In this document: piece by piece, positions 42,139 through 55,397 of the stretch
Position numbering within the stretch: position 1 is the first letter of the stretch
Layout of the letters: each line of letters starts with the position of its first letter
DNA from: Selaginella moellendorffii
Taxonomy: Eukaryota > Plantae > Lycopodiophyta
Assembly (NCBI RefSeq): GCF_000143415.4
Contig: NW_003314319.1
Coordinates: 958,365-1,022,364, forward strand
Direction: 5' to 3'
DNA length: 64,000 bases
Position numbers and translations under genes: made by a program
The notes under the pieces: generated by a model
What the model was told of the DNA's origin: nothing
Seen by the model: the letters and a program-made list of their open reading frames with translations, nothing else
Databases searched by the model: none

Positions 42139-45100
42139 TCACCGGGTGTTCTCTGATGGGATGTAAGGCTCGAACAGCGTGGCCCAGGGATTGAAATCGA
42201 AGGCGACCACGTTTGCTGCTCGAGAGAATTCCGCACGGAGTGCCTTGATGCTGTGCTTGTCCACAACCCGGCCCAGATCGTGCGTCACTTCGAACGGGTC
42301 CTCTATGCAGATGAGGTGGCGTTCGTTGCCAATGCGTCGTGTCCACTCTTTCTCGTTCTTGCTGTAAACCAGAAAGAAAGACAAGATCACGAACTTCGTC
42401 TGAAGTTTTTACTGGTTTTACCTGAGATATCCTCCAGTTCGGACGGATATAACCGAGTGGTTGTAGTCGTGTTGGCAAGCCCAATAATCAAAAAATGCAG
42501 TCAGTAGTTCTCCCAAAGTTTCCTTGTTGTCGGCTCCAAAGTCACGCAGCGTCTCGACTTGATCGTAATACGCGCATCTGATGCTTCCCACTTTCACTTC
42601 ATACGTGGGTCGCATTTCCTGGCAAAAGCCACGCGGGAGTTTATAAACAAAAAAAACAGCAAGGAAAGGGCCATGCTTACCTGAAGACACGGGAGTATCG
42701 GCGGTCTCCTTTGCTGAAGAAAATGTATACACATCAACACATAGCTGGAAAACAGAACAGGAATAGCTTAATGCTGAATGACTCCCGCGAAAACAAATCA
42801 ATACGTACGCATAACTCGAGAGAGTTCCGCGATAAGTATCGTTTACTTGTCGTCTCTTAGCCCAGTGCTTCACCATGAAAGCTAGCTGTCTCAGGCGCAC
42901 GTCGATTTGAGCATAGTCGTGCAGTAACTTCGAGTTCACGACCGCCAGCGTGTTGTTCACACAGATGTCACAAGAGATGCCAGTTGCAGGCTCCGTAAAC
43001 TTCACTATCGGAACTCTAGCATGCGTCAGCGCCTGCAGAGATGAAAAGAACAGCGGATTAATAGCGCGAGAACAAAGACAAGCAAGAAACCGACCTGTAC
43101 GTTTAACATGGCATCTGACTCGAGGATAGTTGCCATTTGAACCACAAGTTCGATCTTGTTCGGTTCTTCTTCATCAACGGAGAGGCAAACATCGATGTCA
43201 CTGTTACAAACTCCAAACGCATTGACACACGATCCGAAAAGAAAGAGGCGTGTTCCCGGGAGCTCCCTCTCGAACAGGGACTCAAGCTTTGAGAAGAACT
43301 TCCTTCTCCGGACCTCTTCTTCCTCGGTCGGTATAAGTTCGTCGTAGAGGGAGAGAAGCTCACGCGTGAAATTCTGCAAATCCAGTCGGTAAAGAAGATC
43401 ACGTCTGTGCATGGGAATGACACGCCTGGACTCCCTGAAACGGTTCTCCTTTGGCTGTAAAGAGAGACAAATCAATGAAAAGGCTGCACAGAAAGCAAGC
43501 ACATACCTTAAAGAACTGCGGAGCTTTACCCTCTCGACGGTGACCGTCAATTTGTAGCTCCTCGAGATCTAATGAAGCCGTCACGTCTTCTTCTTCCAAA
43601 GCATCTAGATTATGGAGCCTCTGCTTAGACTCCTCAAAAGCTGCCCCAACTGAAGAGTTTTGCGTACTTCCCGATGGTAAACCTGGATGTTCAAGTTGGG
43701 AAGCCAACGAGCGTGCCTTTGGAAACTTGTAGTCTGGCTTCTTCTCCGCTGGAAATGCTGCCTTCGAGTCGGCCTGTTTTATTCTCCATTCCTGTTGATG
43801 TTTTCTCCTCGCCTTCGAGTGAGTCCCGTTTGAAGATTTAAACGACTCGTCCCTTGCATCAGAGACATCACAGGAGGTGATGTCACTTGGCTCAGCATCT
43901 CTCTGCCTCTCATTTACCGCAATCCACTGGCCAGCAGAACCCCGACCACCGCGTCTGGCGTCAGTGCGGCCGGTACCTCGGCGCCTTCCCGCACCTCGAA
44001 AGTCATCGCTTCCTGGCTCAAATTCTGCCTCTCCATTCGCGTATCTCCCACGATACTCCTGTAGTCTTCCGGATGCTGAGTTCGTCCTCGGCTTTTCATT
44101 CGCCTTAGAGTCGACATAGTCGTAGCCGTTCAAAGGCTGTCTCGAGGAGGCAGGCTCCGATCCTCTTCGCTTCAAAAGTGAGAAACCAGCCGCTCCACCT
44201 CCATCAACTTCTCCAGACGTCTCGTTCACTTCAGCACTCAAACTCCGGTGGCTAGCTGACGGTTTGAGTTCGCCTTCTCCGTCAAACAATGCGTGCCTCG
44301 ACGAGGGAGGAGCAGCCCACATACGTCCAAGGATGTCATTTGGACTCTCCGGTGGAGAAATGATTTGACGCCTCGGGGGTCCTATGGGGCCGTGAAGTGT
44401 AGATGGACTTCCTTTCTTCGATGGCTCTCCAGAGTCCCCACTGTCCGATGTAGCATCCAGCTTTGTCGAGGATGTGGGCTTCACACGACCAGGACCACCT
44501 TGTAACAACTGAAGAAGCTCGGAACCGTTGCCGTAGAACTGCTGCTTGTCATCCTTCACAGGTGTAACCGATCTTCTTGGCTGCTCCACGGCGCGTTTAG
44601 AGTCCGAGCTCTCTGCAGCACTCGGTCCAAAAACCGGGGAACCAAAGTGAAGGCCAGGACCAGGACGAACTTTAAGCTCCCCAGACGAATGTGGCGGATG
44701 AACCATATTCTCGGCAGCCTGGAAAGTCGGAGCATTTGGAAAAGGATACGGCACTGGCGGGTGGAACGGTCTCTCGACTGGAAGCGGAGCAAACGAGCGA
44801 AGAAATCCGTGGTCCGACGGAGTCAAGAACGGATCCGAAGGAAAAAGTGGGTCTTGGTGCTGCTGGAAGTGAGGTGACCACCCACCAAATCTTATTGCCG
44901 GGACGTAGAGTGGTCGTGGAGGAGGAACTTCTCCTCCTCCCCCTCCTCCAGATCCTCCAGGAGGAGCGAAGCTGTGGCTGGGACCGTGAGCTGCGACTGC
45001 TGGATCCTGTAGCTGCCAGGAATCGCTGCTACTGCTTCTCAGCTGCTCGTCGCCCCCACCGCTCTTGAGAAAATGGAGTAGCAAATCGCCGCTGGGAGAA

Positions 45101-45192
45101 GAAACGTCCAGGCCCAGTTCATCCTCGGACTGCGTAGTGGCAACCAAGGCGGACAAGTTTGGAGGACGAACTTGTGGCGGATTCCACGTCAT
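42139..45192 (-). CDS. URT1: Terminal uridylyltransferase URT1-like, multi-exon
   Basis: [68 protein letters not shown] and a long disordered N-terminus. A possible upstream exon starts at 45553. Confidence 0.9.
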
Positions 45193-45731
45193 GGCTGACT
45201 TCCACGCTCCCAGTCAGAGAATCACCGCCCGCTACATGACTGATCGCCCCAGAAATCCCGAAACTCTCGAATGCGCCCCTATTTTCTAGCTGCCCCGGCC
45301 GCGGAGATGAGAGAAATCCACACGATCGCCTGCAAAGCCTCAGCGTTCAGCTCAATTTCCGAGAGATCCTATGCTTGCATGAATCTAGATCGGCTACTCC
45401 GGCTCTAGGCCAGCGAAATCGCGGCGCGGCGCCGGCGCTGGCGCTGCTGCTGCTTCTCGAGGCGATTCTAGTATGCATACCTGGCTCATCGCCGGCGCTG
45501 CCGGAATAAAACGTGCTTGCGACGCTATTGCCTGCTCCTCCCCTGTCCGCCATAGCCGCGAAGAAACCTAGAAATGCTTGTACCCTAGCCAAAGCTCCTA
45601 TATCCATAGCCTATGACACATTCATTCATTGAACTATCCGAAGAATATGCCACGCTATGCTATGATATTCCCATTTCTATGTATATTAACAAAACTTTGG
45701 TAAGTTAAACAATGCGCAGTGTTCTTTCTTC

Positions 45732-48700
45732 TCATCTAAATAGCATCTTGAGTTCCTCGATTCGAGCGCTTCGTACCTCTTCGTCTGTAAGAGCTCCGGC
45801 GATCAATCGCTGCTTCCTCGCTTGGACCTGTTGCATTCTCTCCTCCACCGAGTCCTGTGAAACTCTCTCAGAATTTCAAGCGTTTCAGGAGGAAATGGAA
45901 ACTTACTTTGACGATGAATCGCTTAATCGATACGTTTTGAGTCTGGCCGATACGGTGGATTCTCATTATGGCTTGTTCTTCCACGGCAGGATTCCACCAA
46001 GGATCCTGGAAGGAGTGTCAATTCTGACGATGGCAAAACGAAACTATAGCGAACCATGAGAAAAGCGTTAGATGCGGCCGTCAGGTTGAGTCCCACGCCT
46101 CCTGCCTTGAGAGAAATGAGCATGACCTGTCGAGAGTAGAGTCAGTCCCTGTGTCGAGAGGCGAGCAATGAAAAGCTTACGGCCACGTCTGGAATATTGC
46201 TGAAGTCTTTCAGCACTTGTTCTCGCTTATGCTGCGACAATGTTCCGTCCAAGCGGACAAAACGGACGTTCTTCCTGGAAGTGCATTGTTAGAAACACGA
46301 ACAAAGCGAAAGCTCCAAAGGAAAGACGACCACGGGCTCGTACCGTTTCAATGGTATCTCTAGCAAGTCGAGAAACGCTGTCCACTGACTAAAAACAACG
46401 CTTTTCGACTCACGCAACGTTTCCAGCTGCTGCAGAAGGGCCTCGACTTTGGATGACTCCTTCCACTGTTCCTCGACATTTACTCGGAACCGGTTACTCG
46501 TAGGTACAGTTATAAGTTCCTGTTTAGTACAAGAACGCCTGCATGACAGCCATGGATAAAGAAGGAGAGCTTGCGGAAAGAAAGAAAAAACTTACCTGCA
46601 TATCGGACAGGGACCTCCGGCGCTAGTACGCCAGCTATTAAATAGGCACTCACGGCACATTTGGTGAGCACATGGTGTAAGAACTGCGTCCTCTGGCATT
46701 TCCAAGCAAATTGGACATTCAGCAGTGTCCCCTTTACGAATATCATCAACCACTTCTTTCACATAAGCCGTTGAAGGGACCAGGGAGGAATTCTTGTCCA
46801 AGAAACGTCTAGCCAACTTTCCAAGGTCCGCGTAGTCTTCAGTGTCGCCACGGCTGCGCAACGAAGAAAACTTCAGAAAGTGTGTACAGAAGACGACGCA
46901 TTGTCTACCTCAGAACAAGAAAAGGATGATCACAAGCTTGCCGTAATCGAAGTAGGAGTTCGAGTATTGACGCATAGTTATGAAGAACTTTACCTTCTTG
47001 AACAAACTGATCGAATTTTACCTGATCACATAAAGAAAAAGGTGTTCAGCAATGAAAGAAAAATAGATGAGTTTTTCTTCCTGCCTTGGATCTGTGGTAA
47101 AGGGCATCATAAAAATCACGCTCAGACTCGGATAGGTTGCATTCAATAACTTCACATTGAGCTGGTGGGAGCACCAGAATTGGCCTGTGAATTCAACTCA
47201 TGAGTGAATACAAGACAATGCACGGTGGGAAAACAAAATGTCTACCTTCCTTCTTTGTCAGTTGAATCTTTTGTTCTCCGAAGCATTAAAGGCTTCAAAA
47301 TAGCCTGCAGAAGCTTCAATCCGCGCTCATCCCCCTCTTCGTAAGGCTTCTGAATTAGCTTATACCACCTGAAAAGATTACATGTTTCAGAAACATTATA
47401 GAAACTGTGAAGGGCTGATACCATCCCCAGTTGCACCACGGTTCAACCCGGAGAAAATGGAAAAGACTGTACATATCCTCGAGCTTGTTCTGCATTAGAA
47501 AAAAAACTGCTAGTTAGCTAAAACATATAGAAAAGGTTCTTACTTGCACAGGAGTTCCAGTCAGGCACAATCTGCGGTCTGCCACAAGCTTGAAAACAGC
47601 CTGAGCAACGCGAGACTTATTTGCCTTGATAGAATGAGCCTCGTCTAATACAACTCTAAACCAATTCACGTTATGGATTGGTCCGTCGTCTCCGCTCTAC
47701 AAAACACCGTGAGTGAGAAATTCTGCTTTGAATTACTAACTTACATTGTTGCATTCCGACTGAACAACGCCATAGGTGGTCAGGACAACATCGTGCTTAG
47801 AGAGAGTTTTGGAATCTCTTGATCTATCAGGTCCATAATAAGCATAAACAGAGAAAGTGCCAGAAGATACGTGCGTTTCAAGCTCTGACTGCAAGCACAG
47901 GTTTAAAAAATTCAAATACACATCAATGAAAAAACACATACCCGCCATTGACTAAGCAAAGTCATGGGACAGATTATAAGAGTGCCACCCTCCTTTGGAT
48001 CACTTGAACTTTTAAAAGACTTCGTTTTTGCCACTGTTGGCTGCACCTGAGAGGTATTACATCCTTTGCGGCGATTGCAGAGCAAAAGAGATATTGTCAT
48101 GACCGTTTTACCAAGCCCCATAGCATCAGCGAGAATCTGATTTGATAGAAACATAAGATACCGATTAGCAGATTTGACGAGCAAAATACCCCTCCTCTTG
48201 AAGCCTGGAGTGCGCTAGGAAAGTCCAGTGTTGCCTCGCCAGAAAAAGAATTCACGTAAAAAGAAGAGGCTCGCCTGCAAAAGGGATGACTAACCAGCAT
48301 GACACGAAGTTGAATCATACCTATCCGCAATACGGTATTCAGACCAGCAAGGATGAAGAGCTTTAGCAGCGTCTTCCTGAGTGACACCATCTTCCAGTTG
48401 AGACATCCAAAACAAAGCTTGCTTTTGGTAAGGCCTCAGCTTGCATTCTAGACCTTCAGGTTCCTCCATTTCCTGGTGTGTCGAATGTTGAGTCATGGAA
48501 AATATGACAATAAACATATGCGTACCTCCAGTTCGCGACTGTCACTGGTGCCAACCACATGATCGACCTCCGAATCGGGCATATCTTCAGTATCCTTCTG
48601 CTCGACTTTTGAACGCTTTGAAGGTGGCCCTTCCTGTTTAAAAAAAAAAGTCGCAGATTGTCTCACACATGATCAGGCTCTTTCATAAAACTACCTCTGG

Positions 48701-50336
48701 ACGTCGACAAGTGTAGACATTTAAATCTTCTGGCGTAAACTGGGCCTGGACAGCAAACTATGTTATAAACAAAGGCCAAAACAACACGATGTTGTACCTT
48801 TCTAAGAGGAGTCATCTTTAAAAGCTCCATCAACGACGGAAGAGGGCGAAAAGTTGTCTCTTCAATCGATACTGTTCTCTTGTATTTCACAAATAACGAC
48901 TTATTGATGTAAACTCTGCAAACACATCATGTAGGGATACACAAACTTCTCCAGGAAATTAAGAACATTTTACCTCAAATCGAGAACTATGCTGCTCATA
49001 AGAGAGAGTGCCTCTGGTGCCATTTTGCACCTCCCCAGTATGTTTACTTTATTCGAGCGAACCAAAGGTATTAGACACTTGGCCCAGTCAGCTGGAAGCC
49101 GTCCTATCTGTGTGCAAATAGTTAGAATCAAAATAAATAACGAGTGAAACGTACCTCTCCTGAAGTTTTTGTTGAGAACCTTACAATGTCGGAGCTTGCT
49201 TTCTGCCGAGCCCAAGGCTTCTTGTGTTCGAAGGACTTCTTCTTACTTTCAGCTGCAGGCTTGGGAAAGTTGAAGGACACGAAATCACCAACACCAATTC
49301 GGGATCCTCTGGAAGTCGAGTAACCGGCAACTTCTGTCTCTTCGAGGAGCCACCACCTCTCTGCATCTAAAACAACCGAGTGCTTTTCTGTACAACTGGC
49401 TAATGGAGAGGTTAATGGAGCAACCTTAGCTCCAGACGAATAGGCAGCTTTACCATCTTCTGGAGTTTCGACTTTCACAGAACCCGGTTCCATCTTCAGC
49501 GAGACATTTGGAGCTTCGACTTTAGCAGAATCCAAACCAGTCTCCATCTTCACTGAGCCATTTGGAGCTTCGACTTTCGCAGAATCGAAACCAGTCTCCA
49601 TCTTCACCGAGCCATCTACATCACAACGAGCTTCGACCTTCACCGAAAAATCCGAAGCTTCAGCTCTCACGGAATGACAACCAGCGTCCACTGTATCTAG
49701 CTTCATCGCGAGCTTTCGGGAATCCAAGCTACAATCTCCGATCGAAAGCCCTGCTAAGGCGCTAGAAACAGACTCGCCATCTCCCCTGGCAGCCTCACCG
49801 GAGCTCTCGACCGCCTTGGCATCTGTTTCCTTCACCTCGGCATTCTTTGCTCCTTCAGTCTTTCTCTTTTTGGTCCCTCCTCCAACCTTACCATCGTTGG
49901 CTTCACTATCTACTTCGTTGGCTCCATTTTCTACTCCCGAATCATCTAAGTTTCCTGTTCCGCTATCAGTGCTCACCTCGGTACTCATTGTTGTCCTACC
50001 AGCCTCAGCTTTTGCGGGAGTTCTTGGCGATCCACTGGAAGGTTTTGCCGCAGAGTTCGTTGTCACGGTAGAGCTCCCTGTTATCGACGATTTCCCAACG
50101 CTGGGGCTCCTCGCCTTGGCACTGTTTGTCGAAGAAACCGCACCCTGCTTCTTCCTATTTCTAAAACCCGGAGTCTCAAGCACAATGTGCGCGGCCATTT
50201 GGAGATCGTTCCTCGACAAGTGTAGCGCGTGAACGAGATCCATGTCGCACACATCGCTGCCAAGGACATCCCGGAGAGCGCGAAAACTTTCGTTGTCAAT
50301 GCGACTTCCTGGCGGAGAAGGCCCAGAAATTCCCAT
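45732..50336 (-). CDS. RAD5: RAD5-like HIRAN-SNF2 helicase-RING protein, multi-exon
   Basis: HIRAN (IVRFST..IGRLP), [35 protein letters not shown]...CAHQMCREC...CPICR and [15 protein letters not shown]. Confidence 0.94.
49460..49645 (-). repeat. 54-bp coding repeat in the RAD5 N-terminus ([18 protein letters not shown])
   Basis: catttggagcttcgactt...agaatc..aaccagtctccatcttcac occurs at ~49505 and ~49559, with diverged flanking units. Confidence 0.85.
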
Positions 50337-50507
50337 TACCTTGTCCAGCTCCAAGAACTCCAAGAATGCCGATCAAGGCTACCCCAGCGCCGTCTCCCGG
50401 GCGACCGCAGCGATCGCGCGGGCAATAGATAACCTACAAATCCCCTCCAAGAACCCTAAAATGGAGTAAAGACCACATAGCGCGGGAAATTCCTCGCGGG
50501 AAAAAAT

Positions 50508-52145
50508 CTATTCAATGGACGCTAGACAAGAGCCTAGAACATAGGCCGCGCCATTCGCGGGCTCCAGGGACACCGCCTTGTTCCCCGCTCGAGCCCCAAT
50601 CGATCCACTGCGGTGCGCCACGGACGATCCCAGCAACGACCTCCACGCCACGACATCGATAGGATTTGCGAGCAGCATTTCCTCGGCTAGCTTCAATCCT
50701 GCCCCACTCTTCCCGAGCGCATCGATCACGGCACTGTAGTGCTCCACTCGAGCCGCCAGGGCGTAATCGCTGCCCATCGAGCGCAGCCACTGGCAGGTCC
50801 TCTCGACGCTTCCGGATCTCGCGCACACACTGAGGATGCTCGTGAAAGATCCCTCATCCACGATGAATCCCTCGGCACTCATCGCCCAGAGGAGCTCCAC
50901 AGACTCCCCGAATCGCCCATTCGAGGCGAATCCATCAAGCATCGCGTTCCAGGACACGCTGTTCCTCTCGGGCATCCGATCGAAGAGCCCCTTCGCTCGC
51001 GAGATCTCGCCATTCTTTGCGAATCCATCCGCGAGGCTCGTCCAGGAGATCACGTCCGGGGCGGGGATGGAATCAAACACATCCTTCGCGACACCCAGTT
51101 GCCCATCCCGGGCAAGCGTGGTAACAATCGCGTTCCAAGACGCGACTGGCGGATCGCGGATGGAATGAAAGATCTGCAAGGCGTCGGTGACAAGAGATTT
51201 CTCCGCAAACGCGCCCAGCATCGCGGTGCACGACACAGCGTCCAGCTCCGGCATACCATCAAAGATCACTTTAGCGTGCTCGAGTAGCCCCTTATTCCCG
51301 TACGCCTGGATCATCACCGTACAGGAAACGATACTCCTCTCGGGCATATTCTCAAACACCCGCGTCGCATCTTCCAGATGCCCGTTATAGGCATATGCGT
51401 GTAAAAGCCCGGCCCACGACACAAGGTTCCTGTACGGCATTTGGTCAAATAGGTGCTTTGCTTGCGAGAGATTGTCTTCCCTTACAAATAATATGATCAT
51501 TGTGTTTCTTGCAAACACGTCTTGCTGAGGCATCTCTTTAAAGCAGAGTTTTGCTTCTTCAAAATGACCTCCACGGGCAAGTGCTGCAAGAAGAGTGTTC
51601 CACGAGATTGCATCCCGGTCTGGCATTTCCGCAAAGATGCTCTTCGCAAGCTCAATCTTTCCGATATCCACAAACCCCTTGATAATGATGTTCCACGAGA
51701 AGAGATCTCTCTCAGTCATCAAATCAAACACGTTCTTGGCCTGATCCATATACCCGCTTTGGGCATACGCTGAGAGCATCGTATTCCACGAGACCGTATC
51801 CCTCTTGGGCATCGTCTCAAACACCGCTTTCGCCGCGTGAATATCTTGATTGGCCACATACGCTCCCAGCAAGATGTTCCACGAGAATTGATTGGGTTTT
51901 TCCAAGCCATCGAAGATCCCGGAAGCGCCTCGCAGGTTCCCACAATCTCCATACTTTTGGATGATGAGATTGGCGAGGTAGCGATCGCGGCAGTGCGCAC
52001 TGCGACTCAGTCTGGCTCTTATCTCGTCAAGATCGCTGGAGTTTCGGCAAGAACGTATGAATCCCGCAAAGGCCTGGATGGAAGAGCAGGAGTCCATAAA
52101 CTGGAAAGTTCCATAGAAACCAGAAACAACAAAACCACAAACCAA
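50508..52145 (-). CDS. PLS-class PPR protein with tandem short repeats and truncated E region
   Basis: Intronless ORF with FxxMPxRDxxSWN arrays, ending VAWRSLLGSS...AAYVLGS. The start may be the internal ATG at 52097. Confidence 0.9.
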   Translation of the reverse strand: MVCGFVVSGFYGTFQFMDSCSSIQAFAGFIRSCRNSSDLDEIRARLSRSAHCRDRYLANLIIQKYGDCGNLRGASGIFDGLEKPNQFSWNILLGAYVANQDIHAAKAVFETMPKRDTVSWNTMLSAYAQSGYMDQAKNVFDLMTERDLFSWNIIIKGFVDIGKIELAKSIFAEMPDRDAISWNTLLAALARGGHFEEAKLCFKEMPQQDVFARNTMIILFVREDNLSQAKHLFDQMPYRNLVSWAGLLHAYAYNGHLEDATRVFENMPERSIVSCTVMIQAYGNKGLLEHAKVIFDGMPELDAVSCTAMLGAFAEKSLVTDALQIFHSIRDPPVASWNAIVTTLARDGQLGVAKDVFDSIPAPDVISWTSLADGFAKNGEISRAKGLFDRMPERNSVSWNAMLDGFASNGRFGESVELLWAMSAEGFIVDEGSFTSILSVCARSGSVERTCQWLRSMGSDYALAARVEHYSAVIDALGKSGAGLKLAEEMLLANPIDVVAWRSLLGSSVAHRSGSIGARAGNKAVSLEPANGAAYVLGSCLASIE

Positions 52146-52303
52146 GAAGAACCAGTGGTACTATCTGGACATAGAAAAGAAAGGATTGTTCCTTTGTTCC
52201 AGAGAGTTTGAATGTAAGTTGGTCATGGCCGGTTTTTTATAAGATCTTGTTTTGACTTGGAGAGGAATCTTAGAGCAAAGAATTCTTGCATTCTCCACGG
52301 GCT

Positions 52304-53488
52304 ATGGCGGAAGGGGCAACGCACCGCATGATCGACACAAATGGCATCAAGATGCATATAGCAGAGATGGGATCAGGTAAGGCAATCACAAAAACGCAGA
52401 GAATGAAGGAAAAAAAGATGATTTTGCGACGATGATCGACCAGGAGGGCCGACTGTGGTGCTGCTCCATGGCTTCCCCGAGACGTGGTATACATGGAGGT
52501 TCCAACTCAAGGCGCTGGCGGACGCTGGTTTCCACGCCGTTGCTCCAGACTTGCGAGGCTTTGGTCTCACCGAGTGTCCCAGGGATTCATACGGCAACTT
52601 CAAGCTCACGCCTCTGGATCTCGTGGGAGATATCGTGGGTCTCATCTATGCTCTCGGAGGAGACCCGGTACGTGATGATTTTCTAGCATCTTAGTTTTCC
52701 AAATCCTCCCTCGATCGCAGGTGTTCGTCGTGGGTCATGACATTGGAACATCCACAGGATGGAACTTGTGTCGCATGAGGCCGGATCTCGTGAGAGCTTA
52801 TGCTTCGCTTGGAGGTCCTTTCGTGCGAGCCGGAGGAGCTCCAACTTTTGGACTTCCCCAGGAAGGAGGATTCTACGTGAATCGCTTTGGTGTACGTCTG
52901 TGAATCACTTTTGTTCACAGCTCTAGAAAATTCTTTCCAGGTACCTGGGAGAGCCGAGAAAGACTTCGCTCGATTTGACACGGCCACCGTGCTCAAGAAC
53001 ATCTACACGCTCTTTTGCCGGTCCGAGCTCCAGATCGCCGGGCCCGACGAGGAGATAATGGACTTGGTCACCACCTCGGACCCCATCCCGAGCTGGCTCA
53101 CCGAAGAGTTCATCAAAGTCCAGTCCGAGCTCTACGACAAGTCCGGCTTCGAAGGCCCGCTGCGCTTCACGTATCGCGACCGCATGAGGTTTGCAACTAG
53201 GAAATCTATCCCTTTGCTGGATCGAGTTTGTTGGATTTTTGGCGCAGGAAGTTTGAGCTCATGGCTCCCTGGATCAACATACCAGTGACGAGCCGCTGCC
53301 TCTACATCACCGGCAAAGATGACTATGTGCGCAAGTTTCCGGGGCTGGACGAGTACGTGACCGGTGGTGGAATGAAGCGAGACGTCCCCAACCTCGTCGA
53401 CGTTGCTATTGTTCCCGGTGGCCATTTTGTGGAGGAAGACTCACCTAAGGAAGTGAACTCGTTGCTCATACGCTTCTTCAAAGAGTAA
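52304..53488 (+). CDS. Soluble epoxide hydrolase, copy 2 (5 exons)
   Basis: Near-identical exons to copy 1, with HGFP, GHDIGT, GKDD and GHF. Confidence 0.92.
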
Positions 53489-54112
53489 AGCATTCCCATT
53501 GCCTGGAAAATGAGAAATACTTATTTTTAAATGAAAAATTCAATAAAAATGTATTATATATATTACTCTTCAGTTTCACTGTCTAGATCTTCTAGCCAAG
53601 CCAAGACACGTTCTTTGAGGCACCCAAGCCGCGTTGACCAACTTCTTTAATGAAGCCAACTTGGTAGTCAGGTACGTGAAAGTCACATCCAATCATCCAA
53701 CTCTTCATACCCTCCACCAAGTTCTTGCAGCCGTGGAGACAGAAACATATGTTCCTAGGAAGCGTGCCCTGCGTTTTGTTCGGCTTGCGGGGTTTGAAAC
53801 TCCACTGACTTCTTAGCATCAAGATAGATTGGACAACATCTCTGTGTTTGAATCCTTGTTTCTGCATACGAGCTTCCATTCTTACGGCATTCTCGATAGT
53901 CTTCAGAAAAACGAAACTTAGAACTAAACCACGAAAAGAGAGAGAGAGACCTCTCATAACTCAGATCTCCAACAAGGAGATCTTTATTTACCCCTCGTTC
54001 TGCCGGCTCTACAATGAGAGCATGCTGCTCAGGTCAGTAGCAGCGTGGTATCGTACGAGGCTGAGTCGCAATGTATATCAACTCCTCTTTTATTACTTCC
54101 GGCGATCATGCT

Positions 54113-55253
54113 TTACTCTTTGAAGAAGCGTATGAGCAAGGAGTTCACTTCCTCGGGCGAGTCTTCCTCCACGAAATGGCCGCCAGGAAGAACAGCAACG
54201 TCAACGAGGTTGGGCACGTCTCGCTTCATTCCACCGCCGGTCACGTACTCGTCCAGTCCAGGGAATTTGCGCACGTAGTCATCTTTGCCGGTGATGTAGA
54301 GGCAGCGGCTCGTTACTGGCATGTTGATCCAGGGAGCCATGAGCTCAAACGCCCTGCACGAAAAATTCGATCAAACTCCATCCAGCAAAGGTATCCTGAA
54401 AAACCTCATGCGATCGCAATATGTGAAGCACAGCGGGCACTCGAAGCCGGACTTCTCGTAGAGCTCGGACTGGACTTTGATGAACTCCTCGGTGAGCCAG
54501 CTCGGGATGGGGTCCGAGGTGGTGACCAAGTCCATTATCTCCTCGTCTGGCCCGGCGAACCGGCAAAAGAGCATGTAGATGTTCTTGAGCACGGTGGCGG
54601 CGTCGAATCGAGCGAAGTCTTTCTCAGCTCGCCCAGGTACCTGGAAAGAATCTGTGAGCTCAAAGTTGGATGGAGCAGTGATTCACGGACTTACACCAAA
54701 GCGATTCCCGTAGAATCCTTCTTCCGTGGGACGTTTAAATCCTCCGAAGGGAATTCCAAGCGAAGCATAAGCTCTCACGAGATCCGGCCTCATGCGACAC
54801 AAGTTCCATCCTGTGGATGTTCCAACGTCATGACCCACGACGAATACCTGCGATCGAGAGAGGATTTAGAAAACTAGGAGGCTAGAAGATCATCACGTAC
54901 CGGGTCTCCTCCGAGCGCATAGACGAGACCCACGATATCTCCCACGAGATCCAGAGGCGTCAGCTTGAAGTTGCCGTATGAATCCCTGGGACACTTGGTG
55001 AGACCAAAGCCTCGCAAGTCTGGAGCAACGGCGTGGAAACCAGCGTCCGCCAGCCCCTTGAGTTGGAACCTCCATGTATACCACGTCTCTGGGAAGCCAT
55101 GGAGCAGCACCCCTGGTCTATCATCGTCGCAAAATCATCTTTTTTTCCTTCACTCTTCTGCGTTTTTATGATTGCCTTACCTGATCCCATCTCTGCTATA
55201 TGCATCTTGATGCCATTTGTGTCGATCAAGCGATGCGTTGCCTCTTCCGCCAT
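54113..55253 (-). CDS. Soluble epoxide hydrolase, copy 3, with two 12-nt in-frame deletions
   Basis: Same 5-exon structure. It lacks GPTV at the start of exon 2, and SELQI is replaced by F in exon 4. The frame and catalytic residues are retained. Confidence 0.8.
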
Positions 55254-55397
55254 AGCCTGTGAAGAATTGCAAGAACTCTTTGCTCTAGTTTTATAACCCA
55301 ACACCTGTGATTTATCACCAAATCTTCTTTCACATATGTATATCATCGTCAGTAGCAAGCCTCGTAACCTTGGTCTATTCTTAATTCCGCGTCAAAA

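Noticed and set aside
14704-50336. Functional cluster of DNA-repair and chromatin genes (LIG4, ANP32, SWI3, RAD5)
   Set aside because: The genes are interspersed with unrelated ones in a very dense genome, and there is no evidence of co-regulation.
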